Shown here in pieces: positions 39,111 through 52,249 of a stretch of 64,000 bases of DNA. This stretch comes from Octopus bimaculoides. Taxonomy: Eukaryota. The notes below the pieces were generated by a model, which was not told where the DNA came from, did not search any database, and worked only from the letters and a program-made list of their open reading frames with translations. Each line of letters opens with the position of its first letter. Positions within the stretch are counted from its first letter, which is position 1. The stretch spans positions 40,797,225 to 40,861,224 of the forward strand of contig NC_068995.1 in the NCBI RefSeq assembly GCF_001194135.2. Reading direction: 5' to 3'. The translations under genes and the position numbers were made by a program.

Positions 39111-39212
39111 CCGAAATATAATTAATATAAATTAGAGCTGAAGCAAGTGAACACCAAATATATAGTGCGTGTGTTTTCATTGGCTAAACTGGCAACATGA
39201 CCGTCCCCAAAT

Positions 39213-39260
<48 letters not shown>

Positions 39261-39265
<5 letters not shown>

Positions 39266-39442
39266 CAGTTTATGGGGATCTTGCTCTGTCACCACCACCA
39301 CCAACAACAACAACAACAACCGTACCATCCATGGACTACGTTCATATCTGGTTATATTTATTACTGTCTCTCACACAGTTACCGTCTATCCACATAATAT
39401 CACACCACTGTATTCTATGTTTTCTAACCAGATCTGTCCGAG
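39261..39442 (+). repeat. Right arm of the long inverted repeat
   Basis: See 38511-38727. Confidence 0.9.
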
Positions 39443-39780
39443 CCAACGTGGGTATAGAGGTCCATAGCAGCAGCCGATCATTGAAGACCAAGTCCTGCAG
39501 CTCAGACTACAGTGGTCTTGCCGCGTCTGCAGGATGAACACCAGAAGGATACTAGACCAACTTTTGTGGCGGCAGCGACCCACAGACTGGAGAAACACCA
39601 AAGAAATCATGAGCAAAACAATTTGAGGAAGTCCTGTAGTCGCAGCTGCTGGACTTCGAGAGTGTTAAGGCCAGCGCCATGGATCGGAAAGCCTGAAATA
39701 ACATCATCACCAGAGTCTGTCATCCAGCGGCACCCACAGCAGCAACCACTCCGAGTAGAGAGGAGAGTGGTCTTACTCAG
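39443..39780 (+). mobile_element. RTE-like LINE 3' end, decayed
   Basis: QLRLQWSCRVCRMNTRRILDQLLWRQRPTDWR...LDFESVKASAMDRKA resembles RTE RWxGHVxRM...A.DR..W. Confidence 0.7.
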
Positions 39781-39860
39781 TGAATTTGCAAAAAAAATGG
39801 GTAGCTGTGACAAAAATGGTTAGGGTGAATGAGCCTACGGTAGATTGGAGAACAGTTGGG

Positions 39861-40150
39861 TGGCTGAGCACTCCACAGACACGTGTACCCTTAACGTAGT
39901 TCTCGGGGAGATTCAGCGTGACACAGAGTGTGACAAGGCTGGCCCTTGGAAATACAGGTATAACAGAAACAGGAAGAGAAAGTTGTGGTGAAAGAGTACA
40001 GCAGGGTTCGCCACCATCCCCTGCCGGAGCCTCGTGGAGCTTTAGGTGTTTTCGCTCAATAAACACTCACAACGCCCAGCCTGGGAATCGAAGCCGCGAT
40101 CCTATGACCGCGAGTCCACTGCCCTAACCACTGGGCCAATGCGCCTCCAC
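39861..40150 (-). mobile_element. SINE family C, 3'-truncated
   Basis: Reverse complement of the family C head and body. Confidence 0.92.
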
Positions 40151-40603
40151 GTTGCTATTGTACACATTGGATAAATTTAGCTTTCGACACACTGTCTAGA
40201 ATGGAGCAGAATCGTGTAAAGTGGGGAGCAGCGATGCAGTGTAAGGTAAGGAGCAAAGTTGTCGCACAGATTTGACATTACATTTGATATTTTCAACAAA
40301 AACAAAACAAGCAAAACAACCATCAAAAAAAAAATACAAACCAAATGATAAAATACCAAAGTAAAAAAAAAAGAAAATATTTTCTAAATTTCTCAGACAT
40401 TGACAGTTCACCTGCCTCCTCCCACTGCTGCTGCTGCATACATTCCACACCAATATGAGAGATGTAGGAGAGGTGGTCGGGGTGGGAGCGGAGGGAGGGA
40501 TGGATTCTGTTACTTTGTTGCTTTTGTCAAATGAGCCGCCTGTCTGGTCAAACCAGCAAGTTGCGGTGGGGTATAAAGATATACAAGGACGGATTGCAGA
40601 CAA

Positions 40604-40647
<44 letters not shown>

Positions 40648-40651
40648 GCTG

Positions 40652-40703
<52 letters not shown>

Positions 40704-40735
40704 CATCACCATCATCACCACCACCACTGCTACAA
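40604..40735. repeat. (TAC)n/(CAT/CAC)n trinucleotide tract
   Basis: Direct reading. Confidence 0.95.
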
Positions 40736-41605
40736 ATATACTACTTAGTACTAGTAAAACTCTTGGTGCTGCTACTGCTGCTACTGCTGCTGCTATTACT
40801 AAAACAATAACAACTGCAACAACTAACATGACCACCATAACGATAACCAAGAAAAATTCGGCAACACGTGGTGGTTCAAACTACTGCTAGATATAGCAGC
40901 AAAATATCCTTCGAGTCGCACTTTATCGCAAAAAAAAAAAAAAGAAATGGCTGATTCTTAGTGAGTATTGTCTTTAGCTCTAGTTTACACCATTTGTAGT
41001 AACTCAAACATACATGATGGTGACAATGACGANNNNNNNNNNNNNNNNNNNNNNNNNNNNNNNNNNNNNNNNNNNNNNNNNNNNNNNNNNNNNNNNNNNN
41101 NNNNNNNNNNNNNNNNNNNNNNNNNNNNNNNNNNNNNNNNNNNNNNNNNNNNNNNNNNNNNNNNNNNNNNNNNNNNNNNNNNNNNNNNNNNNNNNNNNNN
41201 NNNNNNNNNNNNNNNNNNNNNNNNNNNNNNNNNNNNNNNNNNNNNNNNNNNNNNNNNNNNNNNNNNNNNNNNNNNNNNNNNNNNNNNNNNNNNNNNNNNN
41301 NNNNNNNNNNNNNNNNNNNNNNNNNNNNNNNNNNNNNNNNNNNNNNNNNNNNNNNNNNNNNNNNNNNNNNNNNNNNNNNNNNNNNNNNNNNNNNNNNNNN
41401 NNNNNNNNNNNNNNNNNNNNNNNNNNNNNNNNNNNNNNNNNNNNNNNNNNNNNNNNNNNNNNNNNNNNNNNNNNNNNNNNNNNNNNNNNNNNNNNNNNNN
41501 NNNNNNNNNNNNNNNNNNNNNNNNNNNNNNNNNNNNNNNNNNNNNAACTGTTCCACATGCAGCTAGAAATAATAGCTGCCGTAGAAAATTTTTTTAAAAA
41601 GCAAA

Positions 41606-41985
41606 GAGTGGCTGTGTGGTAAGTAGCTTGCTTACCAACCACATGGTCCCGGGTTCAGTCCCACTGCGTGGCACCTTGGGCAAGTGTCTTCTACTATAGC
41701 CTCGGGCCGACCAAAGCCTTGTGAATGGATTTGGTAGACGGAAACTGAAAGAAGCCCGTCGTATATATGTATATGTATATGTGTGTTTGTGTGTCTGTGT
41801 TTGTCCCCCCAACATCGCTTGACAACCGATGGTGGTGTGTTTATGTCCCCGTAACTTAGCGGTTCGGCAAAAGAGACCGATAGAATACGTACTAGGCTTC
41901 TAAAGAATAAGTCCTGGGGGCGATTTGCTTGACTAAATGTGGTGCTCCAGCATGGCCACAGTCAAAAGACTGAAACAAGTAAAAG
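41606..41985 (+). mobile_element. SINE family B, near full-length
   Basis: Head, internal (TA/TG)n and GAAACAAGTAAAAG tail. Confidence 0.93.
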
Positions 41986-42133
41986 AAAAAAAAAAGATAC
42001 ACTGATATTGTAGTCTTAGTCTTTAAAAAAAAAGAGACGACTTTTCTCCATACTTTTCTTTGATCAGAACTGACCTTTAGCGAAACAATGCCAGTACAAC
42101 AACAACAACAACAACAGCCAAAACTTTCAGGTT

Positions 42134-42292
42134 CAGGCGTGGCTGTGTGGTAAGAAGCTTGCTTCTCAACCACATAGTTCTGGGTTCAGTCCCACTGCAT
42201 GGCACCTTCAGCAAGTGTCTTTTACTATAGCCTTGGGCCGACCAAAGCCTGGTGAGTGGATTTGGTTGACGGAAACTGAAAGAGGTCAGTTG

Positions 42293-42325
<33 letters not shown>

Positions 42326-42566
42326 CTGTGAGTGTGTGTCTGTGGGTATATGTGTGTGTGTCTTTGTGTCTGTGTCTCTCCATCACCGTTTGACAACTAG
42401 CGTTGGTGTGTTTACGTTCTCGTAACTTAGCGGTTCAGAAAAAGAGACTAATATAATAAGTACTAGACTTTAAAGAATAAGCCCTGGAGTCGATTTGTTC
42501 GACTAAAAAAAAGGCGGTACTCCAGCATGACCACAGTCAAATTACGGAGACAAGTAAAAGAATAAA
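42134..42566 (+). mobile_element. SINE family B, diverged full-length copy
   Basis: Same architecture with a longer (TG)n. Confidence 0.9.
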
Positions 42567-44265
42567 ACAATAAAATAATAAAAGAATACTAATAGCCAAA
42601 ACAAAAAACAACAACCACAACTCTAATAACAACAAACGCAACAATAACAATTAGAACAACAACAGCAAACAGAAATAACAATGACCAAGGAACAGAGAGG
42701 ACTTTGTGCTAAAATAAAATTTCTGTAAAATCGTCCATCATGATTTTGTTGTTGTTTTTCCCCCCGTCTTCTTTGTAATGTCGAACGAGTGGGTAGACTA
42801 CTGGGTAGGAGACTGGGTAGGAAGGAAGTGGCTTAAAAAGCTGAGTAAGCTGGAAAAACGTGATTCGGTGAGTTATTTCTATTTCTGCACAAGTTGCTTC
42901 TACGCGGACAGAGATATGTGCTTACAGCAATGGCGGACGACGTTGTTGATTTGCATGACCTCTTCATTTACATAACGTGATGTCGTGGTTTTGAAAATAC
43001 AGGTCACTGGAGAATGAAGGAGAAACGGAACAGGAAAATATACACACACATACAGATGCATGTATGTTTGTGCTTTTGTGTGTATGTAGGTATATGTACA
43101 TGCATTTATACATGCGTGAGTATATATATATGTGTATATATATGTATATATNNNNNNNNNNNNNNNNNNNNNNNNNNNNNNNNNNNNNNNNNNNNNNNNN
43201 NNNNNNNNNNNNNNNNNNNNNNNNNNNNNNNNNNNNNNNNNNNNNNNNNNNNNNNNNNNNNNNNNNNNNNNNNNNNNNNNNNNNNNNNNNNNNNNNNNNN
43301 NNNNNNNNNNNNNNNNNNNNNNNNNNNNNNNNNNNNNNNNNNNNNNNNNNNNNNNNNNNNNNNNNNNNNNNNNNNNNNNNNNNNNNNNNNNNNNNNNNNN
43401 NNNNNNNNNNNNNNNNNNNNNNNNNNNNNNNNNNNNNNNNNNNNNNNNNNNTATATATATAATACATAGATCTATAGATAGATCTATGTATATGTATGTA
43501 TGTATGTATATATGAAGAGAGTGAGGGAGAGAGAGATGATAAAATATATACATATATATATATATGTATGCATATGTATATGTGTATATGTGTGCGTGTA
43601 TGTATATGTATACATGTATGCATGTATGTATGTATGTATGTATGTACGTATGCATGTATAATGTAATGTTCCATCATTGGTTGGATCAAAAAAGTACTTC
43701 ATCTAATGAAGGATAAATATCATTAATTATACATAGGATTTAAATTTAAGCTACTGCTAGTTTCATACTGTGACAAGTTTAGATAACGCACCATGAGTCT
43801 CCAAGCAATATTTCAAACTCAACTGTACAATATGGTTGATCTTTGGAAAACAAGGAGAAAAGACAAGAGGGAGGTAAAAGAAGAAAAAACAAAATGAGAA
43901 AAAGGAAAATTAAGAATGACGTATTTTTAACCCATTCGAATCAGAATTAATACGGGTGGTATAAATAAATTGAACGGGGAAAAGGTCAAAGTTTGTGTAA
44001 CTACATGTTTAATCCAGAGAGGGTAGTGTTTTCCAGTTCAATAAAAGAAATTTGTCCAGAGGCTTACACTTAGTAAAAATTTCAGGTCAGTAGAGTTCTT
44101 AGATCTAAAAAAAGTTTCGTTTAAACAAAGCCTACATCTTTTTGATCCATTAATGCATGGCATGTATCCTTCCGCGATGCTCCACTTGATAGTGTGTGGT
44201 GTCACATAAGGTTAGCTAACTTCATGGGTTTCTTATTATCCACATGTCAGAAAGAAGACTGATAT

Positions 44266-44433
44266 CTACTCTTTTACTCTTTTACTTGTTTCAGTCATTT
44301 GACTGTGGCCATGCTGGAGCACCGCCTTTAGTCGAGCAAATCGCCCCCAGGACTTATTCTTTGTAAACCTAGTACTTATTCTATCGGTCTCTTTTGCCGA
44401 ACCGCTGGGTTACCACACAGCCACTCCTACGCC
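44266..44433 (-). mobile_element. SINE family B, internally deleted
   Basis: Tail half joined directly to the first ~25 nt of the head at GCCGAACCGCTGGGTTAC/CACACAGCC. Confidence 0.85.
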
Positions 44434-44758
44434 TATGTAGATATATATATATATATATCTTAAGGGAGCCGGGCGAAAAGACTTGTTTGCTGCATGCTTG
44501 TAATAGATGATAAAGGCACTAAGAAACTACCGAATATCTCTCAAAATACAAGTTATAGTCGGGCAAATGAAAAATTACTAAAAACGACCNNNNNNNNNNN
44601 NNNNNNNNNNNNNNNNNNNNNNNNNNNNNNNNNNNNNNNNNNNNNNNNNNNNNNNNNNNNNNNNNNNNNNNNNNNNNNNNNNNNNNNNNNNNNNNNNNNN
44701 NNNNNNNNNNNNNNNNNNNNNNNNNNNNNNNNNNNNNNNNNNNNNNNNNNNTAGCTAA

Positions 44759-44821
<63 letters not shown>

Positions 44822-44823
44822 TA

Positions 44824-44970
44824 TACGACGAGCTTCTTTCAGTTTCCGTCTACCAAATCCACTTACAAGGCTTCGGTCGGTCCGAGGCTGTAGCAGAAGA
44901 CACTCACCCAGTAGATCTGAACCCGGAACCATGTGGTTGGGAAGCAAGCTTCTTACCACACAGCCATGCC
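44824..44970 (-). mobile_element. SINE family B, 5' half
   Basis: CTTCTTTCAGTTTCCGTCTACCAAATCCAC...CTTACCACACAGCC next to (TAGA)n. Confidence 0.88.
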
Positions 44971-45453
44971 TAGAACATAATATAGGCCAAAGGCAAAAAA
45001 ATTCGGCAAGTTTAATGAACGATGTCCACAACTTATTCGCAAATAATTGAAAATTTCTTCTTAGCTGAAAAAATTAAACAAAAATGTAGCGGTTATTGAT
45101 ATTGAGTTTCAATGATGAAGAGAGAAAATTTCGAGAATCGAAATTTCCTTTTCAATCAATTACCTTACCTGACTTTTGTTGGTTGGCAAAAGGACATCAG
45201 CTACTGGAATGAGCAGCAAGATCATAATATGTTCCTAGTGGTTCCCACCTTCCCTGCAAATTGACAAATTGCAGTCATATTTTTTTCTAAATTGATTTTG
45301 TGAAATTCATTCTTAATTCCTTGTTATTATCTCCTCCTATCATTGGAAGTCACAAACAATTATCACCGGGTATTTGTCTTTCCTGAAAATTGTGTTTGCT
45401 ATGTCATTCATAACTTCACTTCTAATTTTACACACATACATACACATACAGAC

Positions 45454-45529
<76 letters not shown>

Positions 45530-46886
45530 GTACATGCATGCACACAATGGACTGTGATAAAAATTTCATAACGTTCAGCTGTTGCATCTGAACGTCGACT
45601 GAACGAAACCTTGGTTCGGATTTGTCATCCTACTAACTTGAACTTTAAAAAAAAATCATTAGATTTATACTATCCTTAACAGGAGGGTGTATTGAATGGC
45701 TTTACGATCTTTATCGTAGCAAATGCACAATAACGACATATATATATATATAAATATGTATGTATATGCATATNNNNNNNNNNNNNNNNNNNNNNNNNNN
45801 NNNNNNNNNNNNNNNNNNNNNNNNNNNNNNNNNNNNNNNNNNNNNNNNNNNNNNNNNNNNNNNNNNNNNNNNNNNNNNNNNNNNNNNNNNNNNNNNNNNN
45901 NNNNNNNNNNNNNNNNNNNNNNNNNNNNNTATATATATATATATATATATCTGTGTATGCGTGTGTAAACGTGGATAGTGTGTGTGTGTGTATGCTTACA
46001 TAAGTTTATATATTTACATACATATATGTATGCAAATGTATGTGTTTATATGAATGCATATACATATATGCATACATACCGTTATCTGTTTACATGTATA
46101 CGTACATGTACATGTATGCACACAGATGTAAACGTGCGTATGTATGTATAATATATATAGAGAGAGAGGGAGAGAAGGACAGAACAGGAGAATCAAATAT
46201 TGTGTTTTGAAGATACAGAACAACGGAAGATAATGTCAATAGCCTGTAAAAATATAAAGGAAAAAGGAAAATAAATATATGAATATATAAATACAATACT
46301 CTGCCTGTATAGTGTTTGACTGCTTTACTGTCTCATCTGACTTTCATCTTCCTAGAGTTAAAAATAAAAATAAAATAAATAAATGAAGAATGATATTACA
46401 AGTTCCATTTGTTAGCAATATGTGCAGATAAGTTTATCTAAAGACTGCTCCCAGCTAGAAACTTAGTCGCAGTAGTAAGCATGTTATAGTGATTAATACA
46501 ACGTCATATATTTATATATTGTTTATTCTAAGAGAATTATGTTCCTTGAGAATCAAGATTCATACGGCTGCTATCATCAGGTGAGATGTATACTCGTTCA
46601 GTATTTCGGAGCTGGTTTTATATATATTATATACAATAGTTTCATACACTGTGCATACAGTCTATATAAAAAGGAACTATTGCAAGAAGACAGATCTTTT
46701 CTGAGGGTTGCAGTAACGTAAATCTCGAGATGCAAGAATGAAGAATATACTTCAGGTACTTTATTTAGTAATTTCCTCCCCGTCTTTCCTTGACAAACTT
46801 TAATACTTGAATACACACACACGCGCGCGCACGCCTAGTGAGTTAATTTGGTTGAAGGAAACTGAAAGAAGCCCGTACAATATATG

Positions 46887-46959
<73 letters not shown>

Positions 46960-48133
46960 GGATGAATATGGTACTTAAGTTGAGTAACATGCTGTCTTCA
47001 ATTCAGCTTAGAAGCTACAAAGGTATCAAGAAGAAAGACTTGTTACAGATTTTGCTTGTCACTGTTTTATGGGGTCAGTTTTAATTTATAGACTAGTTTT
47101 ATCAAATTCTTGTAGTCTCTTAGGGGTAGGGCTGAGGGAATCGACAGAAATCATAGTGGGTGTAGTCATAAAAAAATCAAGATTTATTAGAAGCAATATC
47201 ATGAGATTTGGTAAAGGAAAAACTTAAATCAAGATGTTAGATAACAATTAAGGGGGCCGGCTGGCCACTAGAAGACCATTGATAATGAAACAGGGGAAAT
47301 CTTATCATGTAGTACTATAGTTAAATATTTTAAACAATATTGCTATATTGTATAAAGTTAAAGTTTAGGGTTACTCAGAGAATTATTAAGAAGAATATTA
47401 TAACAAAAGGATAAAAAAAAGGATAAAATAAAGGATAAAAAGTTTTTTGAGTATATACCAAACTAATGTGTCCATCTTAGGAATCCCAGCTCCAGATTAA
47501 CAACTCTACGTATTATGGACATTTATTGGTAACTGCACATGACATCTTGCAACATTTTTCTTTCTCATTTTTGTGAAGGACAGCATATACACAGTACGCG
47601 ACACATTGTTTACCTTATAAGAATCGTGTGGCGAACGCATTCCACGAAATGGCGACTGATCGTGAGCGTGAATACAACAGCACCAAGGCTGAAATGCATT
47701 AACATTATATTAATGCTGTAAGTTTCATACTGATCTATTTTTTTATTACAGCTCTTGTTTCATGGCATAACATAATTTGTACTGGTATTCATTTCTGCTT
47801 TGATACAGAATTCGATTTGACGCTCAGCTTTTGACGATTCCTCCCAGCTACAATGATCTATCGAACTGTATGGGAGTCAAATCGATGACTTTTATCAGAG
47901 AAAAATAGCTTAAAATGCTGTGGCAATTTAAACATTAAAAAAGTACGTGAGAAAACAGAGGGCAACGAAGGGATTTGGCGTGAAAATTTTTTAATATCCG
48001 GTCAGAATCGGGTCATAAGGTCTCTTTGCAGCTCAGCTGACCACACCTTCCGTATAGCACGCGTAGAATAAGTCGTATAGTTGAGGGTTAAAAATTTCTC
48101 CGTCATTTTACGTAAAAATTCCCTCTAGAAAAA

Positions 48134-49745
48134 AAAACCAACAAATATACACCAGCATTTAAACTAAAAGCTATTGAAGTTGCTGAGAAGACAAACAACT
48201 GTGTAGCTGCAAGAGTATTTTATGTTTCAGAGAAACTTTTGAAAGACTGGAGAAAGATATCTAACAAACTTCAGAAGATGCCAAACAGAAAATCTGCTAA
48301 CAATGCCAAAAAGAAAATCTGCTAACAATGCCAAAAAGAAAATCTGCTAACAGGAAACCCTAGCAAGTGGCCACAATTGAAGAAAAAAGTTGCAGGGTGG
48401 GCACTTGAAAATTGGAAAGTGTGTTACTCGTGAAGCCATCTGAATTCATGCACGAAAGGAATCAAAGAAGGATGGAATTTCAGATTTTAAAGCAAGTGCT
48501 AGATGGTGTTCTAGGCTCGTGAGACGTTATGTCTTAGTATTTCTGCAGAGAACTAAGATCACACAACAGCTGTCTGCTGATCTAGATAATAAGATAATAA
48601 AGTTTCATTGGTTTGTAATCAGAAATCAGCAAACATGTATTAGGAACGCTTGCTACTCTTGACATGCCAGAGAATCGAACTGTGAATCAAAAAGGAGAAC
48701 AGAAAATATTCATGAGAACCACTGGCCACGAGAAAGGTAAAGCTACTTTAGTTCTTTCGTGTATGGCTGATGGTACTAAATTAAAACCGATGGTTGTTTT
48801 TAAGAGAAAAACTGAGCCGAAAGAAAAATTCTCAAAAGGAATTGTCATCCATGTGCATCCACAAGAATGGATGGATGAAGGCGGATGTGGAAAATGGATA
48901 AAGTTTGGAATTTACGACTTGGTGGACAACGAAAGGAAAATAGTTTGTGTGGGGTCAGTTTAGGGCACCTCTAGTGAAGAACGTTGTTGATAGCCTCCAA
49001 GTCACCAAATACTGATATAGCTGAAGTTCCCGTCGGACTTACAAGTGTTTTGCAGCCATTAGGCGTTAATATCAATAAGCCATTTAAGAACATGATGTGA
49101 ATCATGAGGAATAACTGGATGCGTGATGGAGAAAAAACGTACACGGAAGGAAGTAGTATGCCGGGCTCCATCATTGCCTCTGATCTGCGAATGGATCGTT
49201 GATTGATGGAAGGAAATAAAAGTTGAAACTGTTGTCGGATCATTGAAGAAATGTGGAATTGCGAATACATTGGATGGTACAGAAGACGATTGTCTATAGC
49301 AGGGGTTTTCAAACTTTTTGACTTGCGGACCCCTTTATATTTCAGGCTTTACCTTAGGGACCCCCTTATAAATGCTTATGAAATTTACACATAAATATTT
49401 GCTTAAAATAACATATATTTTTACATTTATTTATTTAACAGTAATTAACAAATAGGTTTATTGTCAATTAAAAGATTTCGATTAAAAAAGATATATAAAA
49501 TCAAATTGCCCATAAAAAGTATTTGCTGTCCATGGACCTCCTGTCTTGTCCTTGCGGACCCCCTATGGTCCGGGGACCACAGTTTGAAAACCACTGGTCT
49601 ATAGGAGGACATGGATGATGAACTGGATGGTGTGTTACTTCTAACTATGGATAGCGGAGATGAAGATGAAGAGAATCCTTACGATGATTATGAAGCTTTG
49701 TTCAGTGCTGAAGATGATGAACAGCTTGATTGTTTAGGATTTTAA
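48134..49745 (+). pseudogene. Decayed pogo-family (POGK/Tigger-like) DDE transposase
   Basis: KYTPAFKLKAIEVAEKTNNCVAARVFYVSEKLLKDWRK (Brinker-type HTH); RTTGHEKGKATLVLSCMADGTKLKPMVVFKRK...WMD and GLTSVLQPL.V.INKPFK (DDE_1). Frameshifts and stops throughout. Confidence 0.9.
49300..49596. mobile_element. hAT (Charlie-like) MITE nested in the pogo transposase
   Basis: CAGGGGTTTTCAAAC...GTTTGAAAACCACTG ends; perfect 8-bp TSD GTCTATAG (49292-49299, 49597-49604). Confidence 0.95.
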
Positions 49746-50569
49746 TGACCTTTTGTGCGTAAAATGTTGAAGATGTATCACGTATCGTAATTATAATTTA
49801 AAGCTGTATTTTGTAAATTTCTATTTCACTTTTTGTTTGCATAAATAGATATTTGATAATTTATTGCTTTTTATTGACATTATTAATTATTTTGATATTT
49901 CTTTTATATTTTGAGCCATAAACTTCACTGAATTTATAAAAAATAAAAATGCCCGTTAAAAAAGGCGTTATAGTCTTTGTTATCTAGTTCGTTGCTTTGG
50001 GTGAGCCATAGTTTACGCTGTAAACACGTTCGTTACATAACAAAGACCCATAATGTGGAAAGTGTATGGAATAGCATAAGTTCCAACGTGTTCGTTAGAA
50101 AAGGCCAAGTTGCCCTGATCGGGAGAATGTTGCTAAAAATGCATTTCTTAGCAGTGTTGACACGATCTTCTGCTCTGAATTTGTTGAGGTTTCTTTTTTT
50201 TTTTTTTTTTTTTTTTTTTTTNNNNNNNNNNNNNNNNNNNNNNNNNNNNNNNNNNNNNNNNNNNNNNNNNNNNNNNNNNNNNNNNNNNNNNNNNNNNNNN
50301 NNNNNNNNNNNNNNNNNNNNNNNNNNNNNNNNNNNNNNNNNNNNNNNNNNNNNNNNNNNNNNNNNNNNNNNNNNNNNNNNNNNNNNNNNNNNNNNNNNNN
50401 NNNNNNNNNNNNNNNNNNNNNNNNNNNNNNNNNNNNNNNNNNNNNNNNNNNNNNNNNNNNNNNNNNNNNNNNNNNNNNNNNNNNNNNNNNNNNNNNNNNN
50501 NNNNNNNNNNNNNNNNNNNNNNNNNNNNNNNNNNNNNNNNNNNNNNNNNNNNNNNNNNNNNNNNNNNNN

Positions 50570-50612
<43 letters not shown>

Positions 50613-50744
50613 ACACACACACACTCGCACGCGCACACACACAAACACATATACATATTTGTGTATGTGTGGGCGTATATATATGTATATATTAATATAT
50701 ATATGTGTGTGTGTATATATATATATATATTATATATATATGTG

Positions 50745-51435
50745 TGTGTGTGTGTGTATACATATTCATATTGATGCAAATATGATGTGTACATCAAACA
50801 TACATATATGTATGTATGTGTGTGTGTATACATATTCATATTGATGCAAATATGATGTGTACATCAAACANNNNNNNNNNNNNNNNNNNNNNNNNNNNNN
50901 NNNNNNNNNNNNNNNNNNNNNNNNNNNNNNNNNNNNNNNNNNNNNNNNNNNNNNNNNNNNNNNNNNNNNNNNNNNNNNNNNNNNNNNNNNNNNNNNNNNN
51001 NNNNNNNNNNNNNNNNNNNNNNNNNNNNNNNNNNNNNNNNNNNNNNNNNNNNNNNNNNNNNNNNNNNNNNNNNNNNNNNNNNNNNNNNNNNNNNNNNNNN
51101 NNNNNNNNNNNNNNNNNNNNNNNNNNNNNNNNNNNNNNNNNNNNNNNNNNNNNNNNNNNNNNNNNNNNNNNNNNNNNNNNNNNNNNNNNNNNNNNNNNNN
51201 NNNNNNNNNNNNNNNNNNNNNNNNNNNNNNNNNNNNNNNNNNNNNNNNNNNNNNNNNNNNNNNNNNNNNNNNNNNNNNNNNNNNNNNNNNNNNNNNNNNN
51301 NNNNNNNNNNNNNNNNNNNNNNNNNNNNNNNNNNNNNNNNNNNNNNNATGATGTGTACATCAAACATACATATATGTATGTATGTGTGTGTGTATACATA
51401 TTCATATTGATGCAAATATGATGTGTACATCAAAT
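50745..51435. repeat. 70-bp tandem repeat spanning a gap
   Basis: Period of 70 on both sides of the 477-N gap (50757/50827; 51348/51418). Confidence 0.8.
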
Positions 51436-51931
51436 ATTGCCATATAAATGATGATACGAAAGCGATAAGTGTAGAAGTTATGAAATGGCTTTCATCCTTT
51501 ACTGTAACCCAACGAATATTAGAAATTTACCTGTCAAGCTAAAGACGGTTGAGCTCAGGAAAAACCAAGCTCTTTTAAGTGGTCACCTGACCTGCTAGAA
51601 ACACACAGCCTACTATATTATTATAGAACCTCTTGCATCTAATCTTGAAATAATTAGTTTTTTTCCTAATCGGTTGATGCCGTTTACTGTATCAAGTCCT
51701 TGTTATAAGGCAGACTGGATGATCACAGTTGGATCTTTATTCATTAAGGTTCTGCTTGATCATAGCTAATTTACAAACAAATGAGCATAACTATGTTGTA
51801 TATATTATACAGCATCTTACAATAATTTGTTTTCCAAATCATGTGATCAAAATAGCAGCCAAATCTCCTTCGAAATCGCACACAGTAGCATCAACGTAGA
51901 GATGTACGACAATTTAGATTGACATTGCCAC

Positions 51932-52145
51932 GCGGTGAGCTGGCAGAAACGATAGCAAACCGGGCGAAATGCTAAGCGGTATTTCGTCTGTCTTCACGTT
52001 CTGAGCTCAAATTCCGCTGAGGTCGACTATACCTTTTATCTTTTCGAAATCGATAAATTAAGTACCAGTTGCGTACTGGGGTAGATCTAATCGAATGGCA
52101 CTCTCCCCCAAAATGTCGGGTCTTGTGCCTAGAGTAGAAAAGAAT
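51932..52145 (+). mobile_element. CORE-type SINE (family A)
   Basis: GCGGTGAGCTGGCAGAAACG head to CTTGTGCCTAGAGTAGAAAAG tail. Confidence 0.9.
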
Positions 52146-52214
52146 ATAGATTGATATTATATACACACACGCACGTGCATGCACACACACATACACAAAC
52201 ACTCACACGCATAA

Positions 52215-52249
<35 letters not shown>

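Noticed and set aside
40420-40560. GC-rich segment open on both strands, G-quadruplex-like
   Set aside because: Low-complexity, adjacent to trinucleotide repeats; splice signals ambiguous.
47718-47751. GTAAGT...TTACAG mini-intron upstream of the pogo ORF
   Set aside because: 34 nt is too short for a credible spliceosomal intron without read support.
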